Shown: in pieces, positions 26,340 through 43,179 of the stretch
Position numbering within the stretch: the first letter of the stretch is position 1
Layout of the letters: each line of letters opens with the position of its first letter
NCBI RefSeq assembly: GCF_009914755.1
Contig: NC_060933.1
Direction: 5' to 3' (one strand)
Length of the DNA: 64,000 bases
Source: the human T2T-CHM13v2.0 reference genome, Homo sapiens
Program-made: the position numbers and the translations under genes
The notes under the pieces: model-generated
What the model saw: only the letters and a program-made list of their open reading frames with translations
The model's database searches: none
Told to the model about the DNA's origin: nothing

Positions 26340-27470
26340 TTTTGTGCTTTAAACAAATCTTCCAATTAAGAGAATATATGCTCACATATTTATCATTTCT
26401 TTTTCTCTATAAATTCAAATTTTTTTCTGAGTTTTATTTTAAAAGGAACTGAGGAACTATTGTATTTTTTAATGCAGGCCAGCTGGCAATGACTTTCTCA
26501 ACTTTCACTTATTTATAAACATATAGGCCTAAAAATGCATAAAATGAACCAATTCTATAATGTTACACATAATTAGTATTCTTTATTAAGTCCTTGAAAA
26601 TATTCACATTAACTGTTTCAAAGTTCTTTTCTATATTCTGTTTTTATTTATTGTTTTCCTTCTTGATTCGGCATTGCTTTTCTCTGCTTTTTCTCACATG
26701 CGGTAACTGTTATATAATGGCCATTGCCAAAGCTATGTTGTAAGTAGTCTGAATTATGTCATCTTCTTTTAAAAGTTTTTGAACTTTGTTCTGAAAAAGA
26801 AATTAACATCCCAGGAGCTTTTTATTTTTTTTCATTCTGGCAAACTTGGTTTTACTTTTTATAAGAGCAAGTATATTTTTCTTTTGTCTTTGTTACTAAT
26901 GTGTCCTGTGACCTAGGAAATGACCCTTACTTCTAAATTCTAACCTTTTCATGTCCCAACTAAATGCACAAGGTGCTCATTAGGGTCTCTTTACCCTTGC
27001 AGAGCTGAAACTCCAGTATTTTCTAACATTGTGAGACCTCTGGTGTCTTTTTCAGTCTTCATCTCTGAGTATTACTCTGCAAGTTTTCATAGTATTGACT
27101 TACATATTTGAAACCCAGACATTGGCAAAAGACATGTCACTAACTCCTGTGAAGTCTTCCATGCTGTTTACTTCTAGCAGCTTTCCCTTCTCTAATACCT
27201 TGCGTACAAATTACAGTAAGTTCAATATTTTCTTCTTTTGCTCAAGAAGATTGTGATTATTTGGGGGGGCTCTATTCCTGTTCTGTTGTAGAAAAGCAAG
27301 ATGTCAGAAAACTAGAATGACTGTTTGCTTTTGTGTCTCTCAATAGTCAGACAGTACTGTCTGATGTGAAGTACCTAAAAAAGAGTTGTCTTATACACTG
27401 TGTTCATGTTTACAGTTAGTGGATGTGTACATCCAGTGTAAGTTATTTCATCATAGCTAGAATTGTTCTT
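26340..27470 (-). mobile_element. Degraded L1M 5'/ORF1-region remnant
   Basis: T-rich degenerate sequence continuing the L1M block. Confidence 0.4.
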
Positions 27471-28971
27471 TCGTGGTTTCTTACAGTTTTATTGTGATTT
27501 ACTTTTGGCTTCATAGTTATAATATAAACTTTTTACCAAATGGGCACGTATTTTAGATACATGTAAAAAATATTTTCCAAACAGTAGGTGCTTAATAAAT
27601 AGAAGCCCAGCATATTAAACAGAAGTCAAACAACTTTTGCTGTTCTTTGTCCAAGAGACTGTCCCACACCCATGAGCTTTAGCTTCTCAATACAGATTTT
27701 TAAACGACACTTAGGAGTCTTGGCTACTATAAAACACTACTTCGTTTTTTTCCGTCTTGCCTCAATATCTTGACAATTTCTAGGATAATATTCTTACTTA
27801 CCTCTTTAGTCCACATGTCTCACCACAGGGACAGACGCACTCTTCACTTGGCATATCAAGTGATTACTGAAATGTACATTTTTTCAGGGTAACTACATTT
27901 TAGTGGGGATTACCAGAGAGAATAAGAATACTAACATTTATCCCCTGCATTTTTTGTTAGTCCTATAACAATATAGACAGTTAGGTTGTATTGTTCCTCT
28001 TTTGCAAAGACAATCACAATAAATAATTTTCCTGGGATATAGATATTGAACTGTTAGAACCTATCTTCCCCAACCCCCTCAACTGATTTAATTTCATCTG
28101 AACTTTAGTAATGTTATTTTTAAAATATAAATAATACTACCAGCCTCACAGGGTGATTTAGAACATTAAACATTATAAGTGCAAAGTTTCAGTCAGATAT
28201 TTGATTAGTTTCTTCCTCTCTAGAAAGTTGTCTTGAGCGCCCAGTATATGCATAGTTAGAGTGAGATTTGAATCAGTATTTCATCAGTGCCTCTTACTTT
28301 ATAGCCTGCACTCTTTGCAAGGTACCACTTAAAAAAATTTTTTTCAGGTAATTCTTTTCTATTATTATTATTATATTTTAAGTTCTAGGGTACATGTGCA
28401 CAATGTGCTGGTTTGTCACACATGTATACATGTGCCATGTTGGTGTGCTGAACCCATTAACTCGTCATTTACATTAGGTATATCTCCTAATGCTATCCCT
28501 CCCCACTTCCCCCACCCCACAACAGGCCCCGGTGTGTGATGTTCCCCTTCCTGTGTCCAAGTGTTCTCATTGTTCAATTCCCACCTGTCAGTGAGAACAT
28601 GCGGTGTTTGGTTTTTTGTCGTTGTGATAGTTTGCTGAGAATGATGGTTTCCAGCTTCATCCATATCCCTACAAAGGACATGAACTCATCCATTTTTATG
28701 GCTGCATAATATTCCATGGTGTATATGTGTCACATTTTCTTTTTTTTTTTCTTTTTTTTTTTTTTTATTATACTTTAAGTTTTAGGGAACATGTGCACAT
28801 TGTGCAGGTTAGTTACATATGTATACATGTGCCATGCTGGTGCACTGCACCCACCAGCTCGTCATCTAGCATTAGGTATATCTCCCAATGCTATCCCCCC
28901 CCCCTCCCCCCACCCCACCACAGTCCCCAGAGTGTGATATTCCCCTTCCTGTGTCCATGTGATCTCATTGT

Positions 28972-32825
<3,854 letters not shown>

Positions 32826-32861
32826 TTAGTTGATGCAGTTTCTTCCTAGTCTTGATGGTCT

Positions 32862-33877
32862 TTACATTTTGGCATGATTTTGCAGCGGCTGGTACCGGTT
32901 GTTCCTTTCCATGTTTAGTGCTTCCTTCAGTAGCTCTTGTAAGGCAGGCCTGGTGGTGACAAAATCTCTCAGCATCTGCTTGTCTGTAAAGTATTTTATT
33001 TCTCCTTCACTTATGAAGCTTAGTTTGTCTGGATATGAAATTCTGGGTTGAAAATTCTTTTCTTTAAGAATGTTGAATATTGGCCCCCACTCTCTTCTGG
33101 CTTTAGGGTTTCTGCTGAGAGATCCGCTGTAAGTCTGATGGGCTTACCTTTGAGGGTAACCCGACCTTTCTCTCTGGCTGCCCTTAACATTTTTTCCTTC
33201 ATTTCAACTTTGGTGAATCTGACAATTATGTGTCTTGGAGTTGCTCTTCTCGAGGAGTATCTTTGTGGCGTTCTCTGTATTTCCTGAATCTGAACGTTGG
33301 CCTGCCCTGCTAGATTGGGGAAGTTCTCCTGGATAATATCCTGCAGAGTGTTTTCCAAGTTGGTTCCATTCTCCCCATCACTTTCAGGTACACCAATCAG
33401 ACGTAGATTTGGTCTTTTCACATAGTCCCATATTTCTTGGAGGCTTTGCTCATTTCTTTTTATTCTTTTTTCTCTAACCTTCCCTTCTCGCTTCATTTCA
33501 TTCATTTCATCTTCCATTGCTGATACCCTTTCTTCCAGTTGATCGCATGGGCTCCTGAGGCTTCTGCATTCTTCACGTAGTTCTCGAGCCTTGGTTTTCA
33601 GCTCCATCAGCTCCTTTAAGCACTTCTCTGTATTGGTTATTCTAGTTATACATTCTTCTAAATTTTTTTCAAAGTTTTCAACTTCTTTGCCTTTGGTTTG
33701 AATGTCCTCCCGTAGCTCAGAGTAATTTGATCATCTGAAGCCTTCTTCTCTGAGCTCGTCAAAGTCATTCTCCATCCAGCTTTGTTCCGTTGCTGGTGAG
33801 GAACTGCGTTCCTTTGGAGGAGGAGAGGCGCTCTGCGTTTTAGAGTTTCCAGTTTTTCTGTTCTGTTTTTTCCCCAT
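32862..33877 (-). pseudogene. ORF1: L1 ORF1p (RNA chaperone), disrupted
   Basis: ATG at 33877 (MGKKQNRK...), CGA>TGA stop at codon 49 (33731-33733), 1-bp deletion near 33104, canonical TAA at 32862-32864. Confidence 0.95.
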
Positions 33878-34781
33878 CTTTGTGGTTTTATCTACTTTTG
33901 GTCTTTGATGATGATGATGTACAGATGGGTTTTTGGTGTGGATGTCCTTTCTATTTGTTAGTTTTCCTTCTAACAGACAGGACCCTCAGCTGCAGGTCTG
34001 TTGGAATACCCTGCCATGTGAGGTGTCAGTGTGCCCCTGCTGGGGGGTGCCTCCCAGTTAGGCTGCTCGGGGGTCACGGGTCAGGGATCCACTTGAGGAG
34101 GCAGTCTGCAAGTTCTCAGATCTCCAGCTGCGTGCTGGGAGAACCACTGCTCTCTTCAAAGCTGTCAGACAGGGACACTTAAGTCTGCAGAGGTTACTGC
34201 TGTCTTTTTGTTTGTCTGTGCCCTGCCCCCAGAGGTGAAGCCTACAGAGGCAGGCAGGCCTCCTTGAGCTGTTGTGGGCTCCAGGCAGTTCGAGCTTCCT
34301 GGCTGCTTTGTTTACCTAAGCAAGCCTGGGCAATGGCTGGCGCCCCTCCCCCAGCCTCGCTGCTGCCTTGCAGTTTGATCTCAGACTGCTGTGCTAGCAG
34401 TCAGAGAGATTCCGTGGGTGTAGGACCCTCCGAGGCAGGTGTGGGATATAATCTCGTGGTTCGCGGTTTTTTAAGCCGGTCTGAAAAGCGCAATATTCGG
34501 GTGGGAGTGACCCGATTTTCCAGGTGCGTCCGTCACCCCTTTCTTTGACTCGGAAAGGGAACTCCCTGACCCCTTGCGCTTCCCAAGTGCGGCAATGCCT
34601 CGCCCTGCTTCGGCTCGCGCACGGTGCGCGCACCCACTGGCCTGCACCCACTGTCTGGCACTCCCTAGTGAGATAAACCCGGTACCTCAGAAGGAAATGC
34701 AGAAATCACCCATCTTCTGCGTTGCTCACGCTGGGAGGTGTAGACCGGAGCTGTTCCTATTTGGCCATCTTGGCTCCTCCC
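33878..34781 (-). promoter_or_regulatory. L1 5'UTR: internal sense promoter (YY1 site) and antisense promoter
   Basis: CpG-rich; YY1 motif CAAGATGGCC near 34763-34772; antisense promoter is established for this region of primate L1. Confidence 0.85.
34333..34548 (+). CDS. ORF0: L1 antisense ORF0, intact 71-aa reading frame
   Basis: MAGAPPPASLLPCSLISDCCASSQRDSVGVGPSEAGVGYNLVVRGFLSRSEKRNIRVGVTRFSRCVRHPFL*; expression unknown. Confidence 0.8.
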   Translation: MAGAPPPASLLPCSLISDCCASSQRDSVGVGPSEAGVGYNLVVRGFLSRSEKRNIRVGVTRFSRCVRHPFL

Positions 34782-37700
34782 TGTCACATTTTCTTAATCC
34801 AGTCTATCATTGATGGACATTTGGGTTGGTTCCAAGTCTTTGCTTTTGTGAATAGTGCCTCAATAAACATACATGTGCATGTGTCTTTATAGCAGCGTGA
34901 TTTATAATCCTTTGGGTATATACCCAGTAATGGGATGGCTGGTATTTTTCAGGTAATTCTTAACTGTAAGCATAGGATTAATTTTCTTGGCCATCATTCT
35001 CTGAGTCATTGAAAACATAGTTTGGTAGTCACTCCAATTGAGTTAAAGGATTTTCAGTTTCATTGGGTAAAATCACTATAATTCGAAACACCATTATTAA
35101 TAGACACTCTAAAGACACTCATCAACTTTTTAACACATCGAGCCTCGTACCATTATAAAAGAAGAGTCAGTTTCAAAGTTTAACAAATTTTGAATCTGTG
35201 ACCACTATTTGCATCTTATATCTATGCTCCTAACAAAAGGCAACCAAATTAAATGGAGGATTTATTATAAGGTCACTGTCATTGTATACTTGTATTTCCG
35301 TGTAACCTGTGATAACTATTTCTTGTGTTCACTACCTCTGACTGTTTTAAGCGAAAGCACACAAGGAACGTGTTAAAGGTCAGTTCAATATTGCTATGGA
35401 GTGTGATAACATTTGTACCTTAAAGAATGTCTAACATTGCAACTGATTTTTTTCTACAACTTTAGAACCTTTTTCATTATTCTAATATTACAGCCCTGTT
35501 TGTTGAATGAAGGAATGAGTGAATAAATTGCATAGCTTCTCATTCTGCAAATGCATGATAAATTGTAATTGAGGAGAGACCACTTGTTCTACCAGTTTTG
35601 AGTTAATATAGATCTGACTCTGCTATTTTCATAATCATAATTATATTATCATAGTTCCCAGGAATTATATCTATGTGAAATTATAAATAATAGTATTTTG
35701 GTGTAAAAATTTAGATTTCTAGCCCAGAAAACAATATTAACAAATGAAGAAACCCATTAACTACTGCATTTAAAACTTCATGTTTAAAGAAATGATCTAT
35801 TAATATATTAACATATTTTGCTGAAATGTGAGAAGGGTCCCATAGTTCTCCAACAGTGTTATTTTAGACAATCATCATATATAAGAAAATCTATGAAAAA
35901 AAGGACAGCAAAATTACAAATAAATTAGAAAACTATGCTTGTGAGCCTGGAAGCACATATCACATACCTGACTATGCCATTAACTATCTGTACTTTTTAT
36001 AAACATAATTGTTATCTTTTGTAGTCTCAGAAAATTGAGTTAGGTAATTTTTTGCATTCCTGTTTATTTTCTAAAATTTCCATGACTCAGAGAACACTTT
36101 CTCTATGCATTGTGAGCTACTTTGGATTATACAACTAACCAAATGGAGTTTGAAAGTATAATGAATTAGGTTTTCTCAGTTAGTGATATTCATTCTAAAA
36201 TTTGCTTCTATTAATTTCTACTCAGTAGCCCTTTCATATTCACCCATAGATCATTTCTTAAAGTTCTAGAAAAAGGGGGCCCAGGTAAAAATTCATGATT
36301 TAGCTTAATAAAATATTCCTCAACTTTATCCTATGCATAAATAACATGCATAATTTTTGAGTTACACCTCTTAGATTTTTTTTAATAAAACTAAGCCTAG
36401 AATTTAGCCTTTTATGATTTATGATAAGTCTAGGTCATTCCACTACTAATTCTTACCTTTAAAGCATCAGTGCCTTTTGCTATCTGCTCCTTGGGATTCA
36501 TTTATTAAGAGGCTGAGATGTGAACATCTGTCCATGTTCCAACAGAACAAATCATTCCAAATAACCTTTCTAACCCAAAGTTCAATGGATGAGGCAGACA
36601 ATGATTTATATTTGAGGAATTTTGCTTTGCTTTTGCAACAAAAGCCATTCTTTTACTGTACTCTCAACAACTGCTTGTATTGCATTAATCAGACCTTAAT
36701 TAACATGGAAGAAAGGTGATAATTTACATTTATTTCAGATTGACACATTGTACTTTATTTAGCAAATGAGACCTGTCAGGCACTGCCAGTGATGCTTAGA
36801 TTGAAGACAGAGTGTCGAAAATATGTCTTCCACCTGCCTGTGCCTTTGTAGGAGGGAGCTTTCAGTATGTTTACACAGGGATCATTAGATGTACCTCATG
36901 CTAAGCTTTCATGAATCTTTGAATAAGAAATGCTCAAAGGTCATCAGGTATGAAATATTTTATAATGACACAGTGCCGTAAGGCATGAGAAACTGTGATT
37001 TATTCTCCAAAGTAAACTCAAAAGAGGATAAAGGAAAGAGAACTGCATAGGACTCAAAATAACTTCAGATCTATCAAAAACAGAAGAGAGGAGAGCTGAA
37101 ACTATGAGAATAGAAGCTGAGGAAAAGTTTATTTACTCAGTGTCATTGTGCAATTTAAAGTAAGAGTTGGAGGACGGAAGTAAATAGACGACCGCTGTAA
37201 CTGATCAACTTCTAAGAACAATAAGTGACTATCAAATGTCAGGAAGAGAGGAGAATTTAGGAATTATGAAAAACAGTCTGCTACGGGATGAAAACTGTTA
37301 ATTAAAGAAGATAAGTAATTTCTCCCATTCTTGCTTTTGATTGGGCATATAGGTAAAGGTTGAATTTGAAATATAAGTTTAAGATAATTGAGAAGAATGA
37401 AGCATATAGTTAAAGCCCATATTCTGCTTTCATAATTTTCTTGACTTTTATTAGCATATATTTCAGACCACAGTTTAAGGCAGGCAGTGAGGGGAAGTCT
37501 TATAGGCTCCCTTCTTGCATGTTTGATGAGCCTGGCCACTTGAGCATCACCCAGAGCATACTGTCCCCATGCAGGCATCCACATCTTTGCTCATGTGGTC
37601 TCCTCTGTTGAAAGGACCACTCCATCCACTCGATATGGAAAATCTGTTACCAGCTTTAAAGTGTGTCTTGGATCTCCCCTCCACTTGGGAGCCCAGTACC

Positions 37701-39079
37701 ATTGTACTCCCAGAGTACTTTAAGTCGTTCTTATCCCACTGCTTATATACCTCTGCTTACCTGTAATTCCTATTCATATTTATTTCCCCATGGCTTGGTA
37801 GAATGTCTAGTGCAAGGAAAAAATTTTGGTAGTTGCTAGTCAAATTAGATTAAAATTTTAATGAAAATTCATATTTTTGTAGCCAGTAAATAGTATTGTT
37901 TTAGGGTGAAATCTTGTGTATTTGCTCTTTTAAATGTAGCAGTTAACTGGTGCAGGGATATGCAAGTCTACCACGGAGTGTGCATTGTGGCACTATTTAT
38001 ATAGTTTATGTGATGTGTGTATAAGTTTAAAATGTTAATGCATGTAAACAGTATATTCTCAAAAATTCATCGCCATTTATATAGTTTTGAAATGTATAGA
38101 CTCTTCCTTTTTAAAATTAGTTTACATTTTCATTGACATAAATCATTAGAAGAAATTAAACTTTTTATTCACTGAAACCATAGTTTAAATGCTGATTTTT
38201 CTCTTTTATAATATAAAAACTTACATATATTACTTTTGGTAAACTTTTTAAAGTTTTATTTTCTTTGTCTAGAGATTAAAAGTTAATAATGCCTACCTCA
38301 TTTTTTTTTTAATTTCAAAAGGTAAAATAGATCCTCAAAACCTCTAGCAAATTTTAATTATCTGATTAAATGTTTACTATCTTCTCATCACCTTTAATTA
38401 ACACTCTGGCAAGCACACTAATTTATAGGTCAAGGGGCTGAAATTTCCGTCAATTAATGGCATTGAACAAGCCTCTTAACCACTGTTAAACTCAGTTACC
38501 TCATTTAAAAGTGAGAGTAATTTTGTTGAAATAGTAGGTGCCACTCTATTAAAGAGAAATAAAAGCTCTTTGGAGGAGAGGGAAATTTCTTGTTTGATAT
38601 ATCCTGTTAAAATTATACAGCCAAATATAGATGGAAAAGATGTTATAAGTCATAATAGAATCCATGATGCCAAATCTGCGTAATCTCACAACACAGCACA
38701 GAATTAATAATGATGTGGCTTGAAGTGGAAGATGTTTCTTATTGCTGAAGATCTGTATAAAAAGGACATTAAGTTTTTTTATGTTAGTTATGCCAAAGAA
38801 AGCATATTATGTATGAATTAGAGTTTCAAATTCTGTTTTGTGTGTCTCAGTAGGAATTAGAAAATTCTCATTATTATGAATATCTTGTTTCATGGTTGTT
38901 TAATGGCAGAGCTGAAGTGGAAACTAGGTTCCTGTCCATTTCCATGTCTTAAACTATTTCGTTTAAGGTAATACTTTTCAGATTTAAGAATCCAGTTTCA
39001 AATTCTCTTGCAAATTTTAGGGTCTATTTTCCAATTGCTTGCTGATACCTTTACAGAGATTTTTCTGCTAAACACAATA

Positions 39080-41297
39080 CAGGCATATCTTGGAGATGTT
39101 GCAGGTTCACTTCCAGACAATTGTGCTAAAACAATTATCACAATAAGGCAAGTCACACAAATTTTTGGGTTTCTCAGTGTTTATAAAAGTTATGTTTACC
39201 CTCTGCTCTATTAAGTGTGCCCTAGTATTATGTATAAAAAACAATGTACATACCTTAACTTGAACATACTTAATTACTATGAAAATGTTATCAATCATTT
39301 GAGCCTTCACCGAGTTGTAATCTTTTTGCCAGTGGAGGGTCTTACCACAACATTAATAGCTGCTGACTGAATAGAGTGGTTGTTGAAAGCTGGTGTGGCT
39401 GTGACAATTTCTTAAAATAAGACAGCAATGAAGTTTTCTGCATTTATGACTCTTTCACAAAATATTTCTCTGTAGCACATGATGCTTTTTGAGAACACTT
39501 TACTCACAGAAATTCTTTCAAAATTGGAATCAATCCTCTCAAATCCTGCCACTGCTTTGTCAACTAAGTTCATGTAATATTCTAAATCCTTTGTTGTTAT
39601 TTCAACAATGTTCACAGCATCTTTATCAGGACTTGATTCTATTTCAAGAAACCACTTATTTTCTCATCTGTAAGAAGCAGCTCCTCCTTTGTTAAAGTTT
39701 TGTCATGAGATAACTACTCTTAATGTTTATATTTTGACTTCCTCCCATAAATCACTAATGCTCTTAATGGAGTCTAGAATGGTGAATCCTTTCCAGGAGG
39801 TTTTCAAATTAGTTTGCCCAGATCTGTCAGAGGAATGGTTACCTGTGGCAGCTCTAGCCTTGTGAAACTTACCTCATAAATAATAAGACTTGAAATTCAA
39901 AATTACTCCTGGATCCATGAACTACAGAATGGATATTGTGTTAGCACATAAAAACATTACTCTCCATGTACATTTTCATCAGAGCTCTTGAGTAACCAGG
40001 TGCCTTGTCAATGAGCAGTGATATTTTGAAAGGAATATATATTATTTTCTGAGCAGTAGGTCTCAAAAGTAGGCTTAAAATATTTAGTAAACCATGAAGT
40101 AAATAGATGTGCTAATACGGCTTTGTTGTTTCACCTATAGAGCACAGGCAGAGTAGATTTAGTGTAATTATTTAGGGCTCTATGATTTTCAGAATGGTAA
40201 GTGAGCACTGGCTTCAACTTTAAGTCAGCAGATACATTAGCTCCTAACAAGAGAGACTTTTGAAGCCAAGCATTGATTCTCTCTCTCTAGCTATGAAAGC
40301 TTTATATGGCATTATCTTCCAATAGAAGGTTGTTTTGTCTACATTAAAAATCTGTTATTTAGTGTAGCCACCTTTGTCAATGATCTAGATCTTCCGGATA
40401 ACTTGCTGCAGCTTCTGCATCAGCACTTGCTGCTTCGCCTTGAACTTTTATGTTATGAAGAGAGCATCTTTCCTTAAACTTCATGAACTAAACTCTGCTA
40501 GCTTCAAATTGTCTTATGCAGCTTCGTCATCTCTATCAGCCTTCATAGAATTAAAAAGTGAAGGCCTTCTCTTAATTAGGCCTTGGCTTAAGGGGATGTT
40601 GTGGCTGGTTTGATCTTCAATCCAGAAAATAAAAACTTTCTCAACATGAGCAATAGGGCTGTTTCATATTTTTTATGATCTGTGTATTCACTGGAGAATC
40701 ACTTTTAATTTTATTCAAGAACTTTATTCCATCCAGAGCATTGCTAATTTTTCATGTTGGAAGCTTAGATTTCAGCCTATCTCAGCTTTGACAGGCGTTC
40801 CTCACTAAGCTAATCATTTCTAGATTTTGATTTAAAGTGAGAGATACGTAAGTAACAGTCTTCTTTTCACTTGAAAAATTAGAGACCATTGTAGGGTTAT
40901 AAATTGGCATAATTTCAACATTGTTTTTTATCACAGAATAGGGAGGCTCAAGGAGAAGAATAGATGGTGGACTGTTCGGTTGGTGGAGCAGTAAGAACAC
41001 ACATATTTATCAATTAAGTTTTTTGTCTTACATGGGCACGGTTACTGGTGCCCTAAAAACAATTAAAATAGTTAAATAAAAAAAATCACTGATTACAGAT
41101 CACCATAACAGATTTAGTAGTAATAAAACAGTTAGGAATATTGTGAGTATCAACAAAATATGACATAAAGACATAAAGTGGGCATATGATGTTGGAAAAA
41201 ATTCCCCCAATAGACTTGTTCCATGCAGTGTTGTTACAAGCCCTCAATATCAGTAAAGTGCAATATAGTGAAGCTCAATGAACAAGGTAAACCTATG
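39080..41297 (-). mobile_element. Near full-length Tigger1 DNA transposon (decayed pogo-like transposase)
   Basis: ta|caggcatatcttggagatgttgcagg terminus; opposite terminus ...aacaaggtaaaccta; ORF remnant [33 protein letters not shown] (39412-39615). Confidence 0.92.
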
Positions 41298-42322
41298 TAT
41301 TAAACGTTCTGTCAATATACCCTCCACCCCATCTCATTGTTGTTCTGTATACTCATTTCCTATTCTGTTGGTTACAAATTTCTTCTAAAATTTGTTTGAT
41401 TTCACTCTATTTCCAAAATCCATAGTATCTATTTCTGGAATGTTGACTGCAGGCCTCTGTTTTATACGCAATGCCTACATGGTTGTTGATGATTATAACA
41501 TATACTTGCTACCTCTGGACTTTCACTAAAAACATCCTTTCCATATAACTTATCCATAGAAACATCTCCCCAAACTATAAGACTTACTGTGGCTTTTCAT
41601 TGCTTGGAGGATTAGCTTTAATTTCTGCAGTCCAGTACATAAGACAGTTCAAAAATTGTCTGGTAATTTATGCTTCTAAAAATTTAGGAGATCCTTCCCA
41701 TAGAGCATATCTAGGGTGCCTGGACCACATATAAGGTATATATGTTTGAGAACCTCAGGGAGATAACAACGTATTAAAGAATTACTGAGCCTTCCTTGGG
41801 AGAAGACAAAAATCCAGGGAGATGAGCCTGGAACATGTCTTGGAAATGCATTCATGTTGTTGCAAAAAGTTATGCTGCTTGAGAGTCTGAACAGTACTTT
41901 TGACAGACCCATGAGTATATAAGCACAGAGCTGGAATTCAGGGCCTACTGTAGTTCTTCTAACACATCTGTGCTTTGAGGAGGAATTCCAAAGAATTTTT
42001 CCACAGAAATAAGTCTCAGTGACAAGAAGGCAAGTCCTCACACAGTCCAATGATTCTGTGATTGAAATTCAACTAAAGTGAGCTAGACTCTTGTTGTCCT
42101 CAGAAGCCTGTCAACTGCAAATGTAAGTCATGTGTAGAGGAAGAAGATATCCTCGTGGTCCTCAAACTATTTCAGCAAATAATTTTTTAAGCATAATTTC
42201 TGAGATCCAATAAAATATGACAAGAAATATAAGTAGATAAAACAACTTGACTAATGAGGAAGCAAGAGAGAAAATAGGGCTTCAGACAGTGGATATGCTG
42301 ACACAAGCATAAAAATTCTATA

Positions 42323-43177
42323 TAGTCATGTACTACATAAAGACATTTTGGTCAACAGTGGATCACATATACAATGGTGGTCCCATAAGATTATAACAGA
42401 GCTAAAATATTTCTATTGCTTAGTGTTGTCGACCTTCCAGTGAGACAAGATGTGGAGGTAGAATTCAGTGATATTGATGGTTCTAGCCCTGTGTAGGCAT
42501 AGGCTAATGTGTGTGTTTGTGTCTTAGTTTTTAGAAAACATTTTTAAAAGAATAAAATTTTTAAAAAATTAAAAATAGAAAAAAGGTTTACAGAATAAGA
42601 TACATAGAAAATATTTTGTACAGCTGTACAACATGTTTGTGTTTTGTGTTACTGTAAGAGTCAAACGTTTAAAAAAATTAAAAGTTTATAAAGTAAAAAA
42701 AATACAGTTACTAAGGTTAATTTATTTCTGAAGAAAGAAAAGTACTTTTTCAGTTTAGTGTAGCCTAAGTGTATGGTGTTTATAGAGTTTACAGAAGTGT
42801 ACAGTCATGCCCTAGGCCTTCATATTCACTCACCTCTCACTGACTTACCCAGAGCAACTTCTAGTCTTGCAAGCTCCATTCATGTTAAGTGCACTGTACA
42901 AGGGTACTACTTTTTAAATCTGTTATGACATATTTTTAGCGTAGGTTTTCTATGTTTAGAGTCACAAAATCGTACCATTGTGTTACAATTGCTTACACTA
43001 TTCAGTACAGTAATTTGCAATATAGTCTATAAAATATAGTCCCTACAATAAAGCTAGGGGTATAGTATATTCCATTTAGGTTTGTGTAAGTACACTCCAT
43101 GATGTTTGCTCAAAAACAGAATTGCATGGTGATGTATTTCTCAGAATGCATTCCTGTCATTAAGCAATTCATGACTA
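42323..43177 (+). mobile_element. Tigger3 (Golem/MER7) derivative
   Basis: tagtcatg...ggtcaacagtggatcacatatacaatggtggtcccataagattataa start; ...gtcattaagcaattcatgacta end; TA flanks. Confidence 0.88.
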
Positions 43178-43179
43178 TA

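Noticed and set aside
39412-39615. TIGD1-like gene
   Set aside because: Short remnant within a decayed Tigger1 with many stops and frameshifts
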